A DNA stretch of 58,932 nt, taken from positions 34,798,129-34,857,060 of the forward strand of contig NC_057739.1 of assembly GCF_004010195.1 (NCBI RefSeq). The letters run 5' to 3'. The position numbers and the translations under genes are program-made. Every line of letters begins with the position of its first letter. The first letter of the stretch is position 1. Below are positions 11,641 through 22,729 of the stretch, piece by piece. The notes beneath the pieces are model-generated. The model was not told where the DNA came from, searched no databases, and saw only the letters and a program-made list of their open reading frames with translations. This DNA comes from Chiloscyllium plagiosum. Lineage: Eukaryota.

Positions 11641-14069
11641 AGGATACCACATAAGTTCTATCCTGTTCTTGTTCAACATTTATACACATTTGTTACCAAT
11701 AATCAATTAGATGTGGGTAGCAATTAGATGAGGAATCTATTGTCAATATGTCACTCTCTAATCAAAGGGGCTAATTGTTGCTTTCAAACTGGTTATGATG
11801 TGGACATGTTAGGAGTAAACTTTGCATCTTTCTGGGCTTCATATCTATCATTTTCTTTACTGGATGATCCATCATGGAAGCCACTTTTTTCTTGACTGGC
11901 TTCTACGGAAAGTAAAGGACATGAAAGCATGGGAAGGGTTAAAGCATGAAGATCACTGGCAATCTGTGGTCTGTGGAAGGCGGGACGGGATAAGAATAGT
12001 GGAATGCTCTTACACCAATGAGCAGAGTATGGTTAAGGCTGAAAGGTTGCTATGGCGAGATGAGATAACACAAGTAATAAAGCAAGTTTCTCTGTTAAGT
12101 GTTATTATGACAGGACTGGGACAATAAATATTTGGTACATGACATTAAAATATCTCATTAATAGTAAGTAGAGTCAGCTTGAGACAGGAGACTATTGTAA
12201 TAGATGGAATAGCTAAATATCTATCATGACAGGTTAGTCTGGAATGGAGGATCACTGTAGCAGAGTTAGCAATACATATCTAACCGTGATATTAGAATAA
12301 CATTAAGTAGAATGTACAACTAAAGAGATAATGGGAACTAACATCACAGGTTTATTGTGTAGCTAGAGTGAGGTACTTTGATTAATATAATTGGACATGC
12401 TATTAAGCTAACAGAAACATGATAAAAAAAAATACAAAAATCCACGGACCCTGAGGTTCGTGGGCATTCGAGAATCTGCTTTCGCAGTGTCACGATTTTT
12501 GTTTGCAAATAAAAAACCTACTTCTTGAGGAACTCTCTGCATCTCCTGGTGATTCTCTATATTTTCTCCACAACACTTCACTTCTTTAAACTTCCATTTA
12601 TTTCAATAAAACCCATATCAAGAAATTCAATCATCTACTCGTGTGTCTCACTGCTGTTCTCGACTCTTGCTCCGTGAAAATTGGCTCTAGCACTGTTTTA
12701 CATTGCAACAGTGGCTATAATTCAAAAGTACATTTTTGGCTGAAAAAATATTGGGGTGTCTTGAAAAGCATTATATAAATGCAAATGCTTTCCTTTACTT
12801 TATTGTTAAATACCTATCAGATGTTCTTACATTTTAGAGCAGCAGTGATTCTATTTCCTGTTGCATGAAACTGAAAAATAGTGACTCTTTCTGTGCAGCA
12901 GGCAAATTCAAATCTGTTTTTCACAGAGTTCTATTTGTTGGTGAAATAGTAAATAATCTAGGCCAAAATGTATTCAGTGGATGAAGTACTTAGTCATTAG
13001 CGACGAGATGATTTAGCCAGGGATAAAGACTTAGCCAGGGCTAAGTCAAAAGCAAAGTATAACAAATATTGAAGCACTTTGTGATATCTTCCACAAAATA
13101 GTCATTATTATAAAATGCAAACAAATTAAACTAAAAAATCAATTACAGAATAATAATTCCATTTTTTGTTAAACAAAATAAATGATGAGGAACAGTGATA
13201 TGTCTCACTTTTACCCACACATACAAAGTTTTATCATTGTTAACAGTAAATTATGGATTAAACAGGATAGTGTGCCTTTCTATGTTTAAATTCTCCATAA
13301 TCCATTAGCGTTGAATCGCTCTATTAAGAATTACATCTTTTCCAAGAGTATACATGCACAGGCTAAAAACTTTGAAGCTGTATTGTTTGTACATTGGTAT
13401 TCCTTGGTACATTTCAATTAATCAGAGCTGATATTCCAAACAAAACATAAAATGCTGGAAATATTCAGTAGGTCAGGCAGCATCTGTGGAGACAAAGAGC
13501 AGAACATTGTGGCCATACGTAAGAAATTTGTAAAATTGTGTGCGACCAGCAGGAAGGAGAGTCCTGATGTCGAGGTCAAATTGTCCGATATTCCAAGCAA
13601 CTGTGGAACTGAGTAGTGAAAGGCCAATTTGCATGTCTTAGCATGCATTCAGATCCTTTTATTAGTTTGTCTTGCCTCACTTATATGCAGTTTTCTATTC
13701 TTCAACTCAATGGATAGAAATTAGATTTGCACAACTCCGAACATGAAATGGCATTGTGCATACATTAGCCTCATCACACCTTTATGACAGATCTCCAATC
13801 CAAGTACAATGTTTCTGCATTTTAATGTTGCACAAAGGAGTGCACTGGTGCCTTTCGTTATAATGCTGCTTTCAGAACACTTCGCATGCAGGGCCCAACA
13901 CAACATGGTGTATAGGTAATGATGCGAGCTTGGGAAGATAAAATGAAAATCTCATTAGGCTCCCTCACCAAAATTTGCACTTGGCCAATTTCTGGAAAAG
14001 TTTAGGTCAGAATAAATGCTTCAGATTATATAGAAGGAAAATTACCTCTGTTTCTCTCACAAATTGTAA

Positions 14070-14812
14070 GCTCTTGAGGAGTATTGCTGAACAAAGAGAC
14101 CTTAGAGTGCAGGTTCATTGTTCCTTGAAAGTAGAGTCACAGGTAGATAGGATAGTGAAGTAGGTGTTTGGTATGCTTTCCTTTACTGGTCAGACCATTG
14201 AGTATAGGAGTTGGGAGGTCATGGTTGCGGCTGTACAGGACATTGGTTAAGTCACTTTTGGAATATTGTGTGCAATTCTGGTCTTCTTCCTATCAGAAGG
14301 ATGTTGTGAAACTTGAAAGGTTTCAGAAAAGATTTACAAGAATGTTGCCAGATTTGGAGGATTTGAGCTATATGGAGAAGTTGAATAGGTTGGGGCTATT
14401 TTCCCTGGAGTTTTGGAGGCTGAGGGGTGACCTTATAGAGATTTATAAAATCATGAGGGGCAAGGATGGGATAAATAGACAAGGTCTTTTCCCTAGGGTG
14501 AGGAAGTCCAGAACTCGAGGGCATAGATTTAGGGTGAGAGCGGAAAAATTTATAAAGGACATAAGGGCCAACTTTTTCACGCAGAAGTTGGTGTGTGTAT
14601 GGAATAAGCTGCCAGAGGAAGTGGTAGAAACTGGGACAATTACAACATTTAAAAGGCATCTGGATGGGTACATGAATAGGAGGGGTTTGGAGGGATATGG
14701 GCCAAGTGCTGGCAAAGGGGACTAGATTAGGTTAGGATATCTGGTTGGCATGGATGAGTTGGACCAAAGGGTCTGTTTCCGTGCAGTACATCTCTATGGC
14801 TCTTTGACTCTA
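14070..14812 (+). mobile_element. CR1-type LINE 3' part
   Basis: ORF 14168-14725: LYRTLVKSLLEYCVQFWS, RLRGDLIE, RTRGH, WNKLP; CR1 3' UTR with short repeat tail. Confidence 0.92.
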
Positions 14813-14953
14813 AATGCCACCTGACTGGTAGAGTATTTCTAGCATCTTCTGTTTCTATTTCAGATATCCAGCATCGACAGTATTTTGCTTTGTACTTACT
14901 TATACACTTTTTTTTTACTTTGCTATCAGCTTCGTGACACTTCAGATCCTTAC

Positions 14954-15037
14954 CTTTATTAGAAGAGGATTGGTGAGCATGGAATCCCTGATCTCCCCAA
15001 CACGATCATTCTCTGACCACAGTGGAGCAAGTTGCAT
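14954..15037 (-). CDS. CFAP77: CFAP77 (C9orf171) first coding exon; remainder lies left of the window
   Basis: Translates MQLAPLWSENDRVGEIRDSMLTNPLLIK, matching recalled human [20 protein letters not shown]; phase-0 donor AAG|GTAAG at 14953-14949; upstream in-frame TAG; head-to-head with TTF1 as in human. Confidence 0.88.
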
Positions 15038-15339
15038 TCTCTATTTCTACCTGATTAATCAGTAATGATGATGAATTTTAGATTCAAATGCTTCTGAAGG
15101 CTAGCTGATGACTGTTGAATGACTGCAGAGATTAACTTTGCTGTTTGACAAAAATTAGACAAGTTCACTGTGGGGAGAAAAAAAGATTTATGAACAATTG
15201 AAACGATGTTATATAATACACCAACATTCTAACTGAAATTAAATAGGTTACTTTAAGCAGATTTAGTGAACTTGACAAGTTTCTGAAGCTTGTTTCACTG
15301 TTGTTAGCAGAAACCACCCAATTTGAACACTATCCTTTT

Positions 15340-15660
15340 TTCTTTATTCTTTCATCGGCAGCAGAATTTGTTATTCATCTTCTAAATCATCCTTGAAGTG
15401 AGTGGCTTGCTAGGTCATTTCAGAAGGCAATTAAGAATCATCCACATTACTGTGTGCCTGGAGTCTCATGCAAGCCAATCCGGGTAGGTAGATTCAAGAC
15501 TTAGACGGGGTTTTTTTGAGAATTGATAGCATCTTCACGGTCACCATTACTGATATCATTGGTTTCGAGATCAGTTTTCAATTCCAGATTTACTTCAATT
15601 TAAATTTCACCAATTATCGGGGTGGGATGAACCCATGTCCCCAGAACCACAAGTAACCAC
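15340..15660 (-). mobile_element. Ancient SINE remnant (family unassigned)
   Basis: LINE-type tail at left, B-box-like gggatgaaccc at right; a probably related remnant on + at about 16456-16640. Confidence 0.45.
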
Positions 15661-15767
15661 AACAAAATACTTCAAATTTTAAATCCCTGTTTCCTTGGGT
15701 TGATTTCTCGCATAAAAACTGAAAAGTCCATGAGCTCTTACATGTCTATTTTTCCTTAACTATTTAC

Positions 15768-15850
15768 CTTAATTTAGCAGGAAAGGCAGGCATTTACACA
15801 TATCGCACTATGTGAGATACAGAAGCTCCGTTCAGCAGATGGTTCCTGCT
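15768..15850 (-). other. CFAP77: Possible non-coding first exon of CFAP77
   Basis: Donor AAG|GTAAAT at 15767-15762 and candidate acceptor CAG at 15053-15051; TSS is a guess. Confidence 0.3.
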
Positions 15851-15961
15851 GTTAGGAACCTGTTGTCGTGGTGACGGTATCCAACGTCCATGCCGTTGCT
15901 AAGGCTCGATGACCTCTAACCTTAGAGACATTTCCGCTTCCGGCAAGAAACGTGGGTAAGT
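15841..15961. promoter_or_regulatory. Bidirectional CFAP77/TTF1 promoter core
   Basis: Local CpG enrichment; RFX X-box GTTGTCGTGGTGAC 15862-15875; second X-box-like GTTGCTAAGG 15895-15904; ETS/GABP CTTCCGG 15937-15943; + strand donor GTAAGT 15956-15961. Confidence 0.75.
15930..15955 (+). other. TTF1: Probable non-coding first exon of TTF1 (5' end uncertain)
   Basis: TGG|GTAAGT donor just after the ETS motif. Confidence 0.55.
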
Positions 15962-16204
15962 CTTGACAAAGGGACTAGTCGTTGTTTAAAATCCTGAATG
16001 GTCCCAGATTTTCCTTGATAAAGGTGTTTGTCAGTGTTTAATAATTACAAGAGGGTGGTTAAATGCTTCATGGCAAATTGTCGGAGTTTAAAGTTTTCGT
16101 TGGCCTGCAAGTTGAATGCAGGCGCCAATATCCGGTTGAACATGCTGCACCTTCAGCATCAAGCTTTCTTTTTATCAAAAAAACCCTAATTTTATGTTTT
16201 TAAG

Positions 16205-16272
16205 GAGAGTGATCAATTGACTCACATGCTTTTTAGTTGTTCAAGCAGCAGCAGAAAATCCTGGACGCATCA
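16205..16272 (+). other. TTF1: Possible additional 5' exon of TTF1
   Basis: ttttatgtttttaag acceptor and CA|GTAAGT donor; splice signals only. Confidence 0.35.
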
Positions 16273-16689
16273 GTAAGTATCATGGAGGAATAAAAAATAT
16301 ATTGTACGAGTTTTAATCTTTCTTCATGGATGAGGGCGAGTGAGCAAAAAATGTTTTTTAAAAACTACCATCGATTGCTGCAAATATTCAGTAGGTCAGG
16401 CAGCATTTGTGGAGTGAGAAACAGAGTGAATCTTTTAGGTTGGATACTTTCGGGTAGACGGTAGCATAATGTTTATGTTTCCTAACGGTTAGTCCACAGG
16501 CCCTAATGCTGTGGAGACATAGATTATGAAAATCTAGAATGTAAGGCTAGTCTCATCGATGGTAATCATATAGTCATCATCAATTGCTATTTACACTATT
16601 AGTTTCATTAATACCCATTCGGAAAAAAATCTGCTACTCTTATCTGATCTCACTTGCATTGGATTTCATTTCCTTAGCAATGCAAGGAA

Positions 16690-17985
16690 AGAGGGTGGTG
16701 CTGAGTGACTGGGATAAGGAGGTGGGAGGGGAAATGAAGAAACTGGTGAAATCCACGTTGATCCCGTATGGTTGCAGGGTCCCAAGGCAGAAGATGAGGC
16801 ATTCTTCCTCCAGGCATTGGGTGGTTAGTGTTTGGCAATGGAGGAGGCCCAGGACCTGTATGTCCTTGGTGGAGTGGGAGGGGGAGATAAAGTGTTCAGT
16901 CACAGAGCGGTGGGGTTAGTTGGTGCGGGTGTCCCTGTGGTGTTCTCTGAAACAGTCAGCAAGTTGGCATCCTGATTACCTGATGTAGAGGAGACCACAA
17001 GGGGTGCAATGGATACAGTAGATGACATTTGTGGAGGTACAGGTAAATTTCTGTCTGATGTGGAAAGATCCTTTGGGGCCTTGGATGGAACTGAGGGGGA
17101 GGTGTGAGCGCAGGTTTTGCACTTCCTGCGGTGGCAGGGGAAGGTGCTGGGAGCGGGGGTGAGGGCTGGTCGGGAGCATGGATCTGACGAGGGATTTGCA
17201 AATGGAATGATCTCTCCGGAACACTGATAGGGGTGGGGAGAGAAATATATCCCCAATGGTGGGGTCTGTTTGTAAGTTGCGGAAGTGGCGGAGGATGATG
17301 TGATGTGTATGGAAGGGGTGGAAGATGAGGATAGGAGGGTTCTGTTCTTGTTGCATTTGGAAGGATGGGGATGCGCGCAGTGGGGAAGATGCGCTGGAAG
17401 ACATTGTCAACCACGTGGGAGGGGAAATTGCGGTCTTTGAAAAAGGAGGTCGTCTGGGATTTTCTATGATGGAATTGGTCATTCTGGGAACAGTAGCAGC
17501 AGAGGCTACTGTTGGGAATAAGGGATTGGCATTTTTACAGGAGGCAGGGTGGTAGGAGGTGTAATCCAGGTAGCTGTGAGAGTCGGTGGGCTTTTAGTAG
17601 ATCTGTGGTTAGTCGGTCACTGTGATGGAGATGCAGAAGTGCAGGAACAGGAGGGGAGGTGTCAGAGTTGGTCCAAGTGAATTTGAGGTCGGGGTGAAAG
17701 GTATTAGTGAAGTTGATGAACTGTTCAACCTCCTTGTGGGAGCACGAGGGAGCGTCGAAACAGTCATCAACATAGCGGAGGAAAAGGTGGGGGATAGTGC
17801 CGGTGAAGCTGCGGAAGATGGACTGTTCCATGTACCTGACAAAGAGACAGGCATAGCTGGGACCATCCGGATGCCCATGGCACCCCTTTAGTTTGGAGGA
17901 AGTGGGAGGATTGGAAGGAGAAATTGTTAAGGGTTAGGACCAGTTCAGCCAGGCAGATGAGTGTCAGTGGAAGGGTACTGGTTGG
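16690..17985 (-). mobile_element. Penelope-like element (Neptune type), frameshifted
   Basis: FLRYVDDCF RT motif, FHPDLKFT, Cys linker PCHRRKCKTC, GIY-YIG region NVIYCIHCTPCGLLYI. Confidence 0.9.
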
Positions 17986-17989
17986 GGGT

Positions 17990-19030
17990 AGGAATAAGAC
18001 CAGAATTGCATAAAATATTCCAAAAGTGGCCTAACCAATTTTCTGTACAGATGCAAATGACCTCCCAACTCATGTACTCAATGTTCTGACCAATAAAGGA
18101 AAGCATACTAAATGCCTTCCTCACGAGCTTACCTACCTGAGACTCCACTTTCAAGGAGCTATGAACCTACACTCCAAGGTCTATTTGTCAGCAACACTCC
18201 CCAGGACGTTACCATTAAGTGCATAAGTTCTGTCATGATTTGCCTTTGCAAAATGCAGTACCTCATATTTATCTAAATTAAACACCATCTCCACTCCTGA
18301 CCCATTGGCCCATCCGGTCAAGATGGCGTTGTACTCTGAGGTAACCTTCACTTTTCACTACATCTCCAAAACGTACTAATTATACTTCCTATGTTCACAT
18401 CCAAATCAGTTATATAAATGACGAAAAGCAGTGGACCCAGCACTGATCGCTGTGGCACACCACTGGTCACAGACCTCCAGTCTGAGAAACAACCCTCAAC
18501 CATCACTGTCTGTTTTCTACCTTCATGCCAGTTCTGTATACAAATGGCTAGTTCTCCCTGTATTCCATGTGATCTAAACTTACTTTCCAGACTACCATGG
18601 GAACATTATCAAATGCTTTACTGAAGTCCATATAGATCGCATCCACCTCTCTGCCTTCATCAATCATTTTCATTACTACTTCAAAACAACTCAAATCAGG
18701 TTAGTGCGACATGATTTCCTATGATGTCTATTCCAAATCGGTCCTTGTCTATCCAAATGCGTGTAAATCCTGTCCCTCAGAATTCCCTCCAACAACTACC
18801 CACCAGCAATGTCAGGCTCACCGGTCTATGGTTCCCTGGGCTTTTCTTTACAATCTTTCTTAAATAGTGGCAACAAGCTAGCCAACCTCCAGTCTTCCGG
18901 CATCTCACCTGTCACTATCGATGATACATATATCTCAGCAAGGGGCCCAGCAATCATTTCCCTGGCTTTCCACAGAGTCCTAGGGTACACCTGATCAGAT
19001 CCTGGGGATTTATCCACCCTTATGTGTTTC
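17990..19030 (-). mobile_element. CR1-type LINE fragment
   Basis: DKSPGSDQVYPRTL..PEDWRLA motif in ORF 18826-19038; decayed RT. Confidence 0.85.
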
Positions 19031-19034
19031 AAGA

Positions 19035-19930
19035 CCATAATTCTATTAGTTTTAAAATAGTGATGGAAAAAGATAGACCAGATTTAAAAATTGAATTTCT
19101 AAATTGTAGAAAGGCCAATTTTGACCTTATATTAGGCAAGATCTTTCAAAAGCTGACTGGGGACAGATGTTCGCAGGTAAAGGGATGGCTGAAAAATGGG
19201 AAGCCTTCAGAAATTAGACAACAAGAGTCTAGAGACAGTATATTTCTGTTAGGGTGAAAGGAAAAGCTGGTAGGTAGATAGGATAATGAAGAAGGCATTT
19301 GGTATGCTTTCCTTTATTGGTCACTGTATTGAGTACAGGAGTTGGGAGGTCATGTGGTGGCTGTACTGGATATTGGTTAGGGCACTATTTGAATATTGCG
19401 TGCATTTCTGGTCTCCTACCTATTGGAAAGATGTTGTGAACCTGAAAGGGTTCAGAAAGGATTTGCAAGGATGTTGCCAGGGTTGGAGGATTTGAGCTAC
19501 TGGGCGAGGTTGAATAGGCTGGCGCTGTTTTCTGTGGAGCGTCAGAGGCTGAGGGGTGACCTTATAGAGGTTTATAAAATCAACAGGGACATGGATAGAT
19601 AAATAGACAAAGTCTTTTCCCTGAGGTGGGGACTCCAGAACTAGAGGGCATAGGTTTAGGGCGAGAGGAGAAAGATATAAAAGAGATCTACGGGGCAACT
19701 TTTTCACGCAGGGGGTGGTATGTGTATGGAATGAGCTGCCAGAGGAAGTGGTGGAGGTTAGTACAATAGCAACATTTAAAAGGCATCTGGATGGGTATAT
19801 GAATAGGAAGTGTTTGGAGGAATATGGGCCAGGTGCTGATAGGTGGGTCAAGATTGGGTTGGGATATCTGGTCAGCATGGACGAGTTGGACTGAAGGGTC
19901 TGTGTCCGTGTTGTACATCTCTATGACCTA
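19035..19930 (+). mobile_element. CR1-type LINE pieces including 3' end
   Basis: Near-copy of 14150-14800; EYCVHFWS, RLRGDLIE. Confidence 0.88.
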
Positions 19931-20529
19931 AGACATCCAGCACCACCTCCTCAGTAATATGGACATTTTTCAAGATGTCACCATCTATTTCCCCACATTT
20001 TGTATCTTCCAAGTCCTTCTCCACAGTAAATACTGATGCAAAATACTCATATTTCCCCCATCTTGTGGGGTTCCGTGCATACATAGACTGCCTTGCTGAT
20101 CTTTGATGGGCCGTATTCTTTCCCTAGTTATCTTGATGTTCTTACTGTATTTATGAAATCCCTTTGGATTCTCCTTAACCCTATTTGCCAAAGCTATCTC
20201 ATCACCCTTTTTGCCAGCCTAATTTCCCTATGTTATCTAGCATTCCCTACACCTACCAGCCCTGCCTTTCACTCTAATAGGAACATATTGTTTGTGGACT
20301 CTCATCTCATTTTTGAAGGGACGGCTGGAAATGGGAATCCTTTACCTGCGAACATCTGCACCCAATCACCTTTTGAAAGTTTTTGTCTATTACTATCAAA
20401 ATTGGCCTTCCCCCAATTTAGAACTTCAACTTTTAAATCTGGTCTATCCTCTTCCCTCACTATTTTAAATCTAATAGAATTATGGTCACCAGCCCCAGAG
20501 TGTTCCCCCACTGACACCTCAGTCATTTG

Positions 20530-21124
20530 GTAAAAACAATGACTGCAGATGCTGGAAACCAGATTCTGGTCCAATGGTGCTGGAAAAGCACAGCAGTTCA
20601 GACAGCATCGAGGAGCTTCAGCAAAATCGACATTTCGGGCAAAAGCCCTTCATCAGGAATAAAGGCAGAGAGCCTGAAGCGTGGAGAGATAAGCTAGGGG
20701 GGGGTGGGGGTGGGGAGAGAGTAGCATAGAGTACAATGGGTGAGTGGGGGAGGAGATGAAGGTGATAGGTCAGGGAGGAGAAGATGGAGTGGATAGGTGG
20801 AAAAGGAGCTAGGTAGGTTGGACAAGTCCGGACAAGTCAAGGGGACTGGAAGTTTGAAACTAGGATGAGGTGGGGGAAGGGGAAATGAGGAAGCTGTTGA
20901 AGTCCCTCTCCTCCCTGACCTATCACCTTCATCTCCTCCCCAACTCACCCATTGTACTCTATGCTACGCTCTCCCCACCCCCACCCTCCCCTAGCTTATC
21001 TCTCCACGCTTCAGGCTCTCTGCCTTTATTCCTGATGAAGGGCTTTTGCCCGAAACGTCGATTTTGCTGAAGGTCCTCTATGCTGTCTGAACTGCTGTGC
21101 TCTTCCAGCACCATTGATCCAGAA
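20530..21124. mobile_element. PLE-derived fold-back element (about 215-bp arms) with hammerhead
   Basis: Inverted arms about 20564-20780/20904-21124; AGTCATTTG on both flanks (20521-20529, 21128-21136). Confidence 0.85.
21027..21065 (+). ncRNA. Minimal type I hammerhead ribozyme motif (intact core)
   Basis: CTGATGA-A-GGGC(TTTT)GCCC-GAAAC-GTC at 21032-21059. Confidence 0.72.
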
Positions 21125-22729
21125 CCTAGTCATTTGCCCTGCCTTATTTCCCAAGAGTAGGTCAAGTTTTGCACCTTCTCTTGTAGGTACGTCCATATAC
21201 TGAATCAGAAAATTTTCTTTACACACTTAGCAAATTCCTCTCCATCTAAACCCTTCTCACTATGACAGTCCCAGTCTATGTTTGGAACGTTAAAATCCCT
21301 TACCATAACACCCTTTTTTCCTTACAGATAACTGAGATCTCCTTACAACTTTATTTCTCAATTTCCTGCTGACTATTGGGGTGGGTCTATAGTACATTCC
21401 CAATAAGGTGATCATCCCTTTCTTATTTCTCACTTCAACCCAAATAACTTACCTGGATGTATTCCTGAGAATATCCTCTCTAAGTGCAGCCATAATGTTA
21501 TCCCTTATCAAAAATGCCACTCCCTCTCCTCTCTCTACCCGTTTCTATCTGACTTACAGCATTTGTATCCTGGAACATCAAACTGCCAGTCCTGTCCATC
21601 CCTGAGCCACATTTCTGTAAATATTATGATATCCCAGTCCCATGTTCCTAACCATGCCCTGAGTTAATCTGCATTCCCTATTAGGCCTCTTGCATTGAAA
21701 TAAATGCAGTTTAATTTACTTTGTCTCTGCTTTGTTCCTGCCTTCCTTGACTGTTTGACTTGCTCCCTTTCCCAACTGTACCAGTTTCAGACTGATCGCT
21801 TTCTTCACTATCTCTCTGGGTCCCACCCCCCACCTTACTCGTTTAACTTATCCCAAACAGCTCTAGTAAATCTTCCTGCCAGTATATTAATCCTCTTCCA
21901 ATTCAGGTGCAATCTGTCCTCCTTACACCGGTCTAGAAGGATATGCACCTGCAGTTTCCTGTCCAAGCCAGATTCCTCACTTGGAACCGCATTTCCATTT
22001 AAAACTTGGTTAAAAGTCTGGAACTCTCTTCATACGATCACTGCGCATCTGTACCACATAGACTGCTATGATTCAGGGAGGCAGTTTACCATCTTCTTGA
22101 GCAGTTAAGAATGAGCAATGAATGTCAGTGATATTGATATACCAGGAATTAACCACAAAGTTATCAGGAAAGTTTAAAAATAGGCAATGATAGCAGCGAA
22201 GCTCCAGAGAAGATGAAAGATGAATCCTGAAGATTGGAAGGATGATGGGAATAGTTTTCAAGGATAAGGTAGAAAAATGCTGAAGTTTGATGAATCATTG
22301 ATTTTATCATTGAAAGACATGAACAAATGAGGAAAACCTCTAATGTTACAAAATAGGCAGTTTATGTTTCTTTAAACTGTGATTTGTCTGACGGAGCAGT
22401 GAATGCTATGGCTCTATGAAAAAGAACTTGCAGCATTTAGCAATTATGAGAACCTACTTAGTTTTAAAACAATGTTTCCTGGCTTTGTCATCGTATTGAT
22501 GCCCAAATGAAGATTGTGTGATATATAGAATAAATTTGCTGTTCTTAATTGATGCCCTGCGGTGACAAAAATAATTCAAGATCTAGACTTCACATTTTGA
22601 AGGATTATTTGCTCAAGATAAGCAGATGTAATGTTTAGATTGTAAAATTTCATTTCAGCCCTTATTCATACAGAATACTTACATACCCTGTATGTCCAAC
22701 ATACAGTATGAATGCATTACAGATTGTCA

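Larger units (their letters stand above)
19931..21915 (-). mobile_element. CR1-type LINE 5'/endonuclease region, interrupted by a PLE palindrome
   Basis: VKENPKGF, GDHNSIRF, LDLLLGN APE-endonuclease motifs. Confidence 0.82.

Noticed and set aside
11960-12575. LTR-like region (TATA-like, AATAAA, ends ...CCACAACA)
   Set aside because: No matching 5' TG terminus or convincing TSD found
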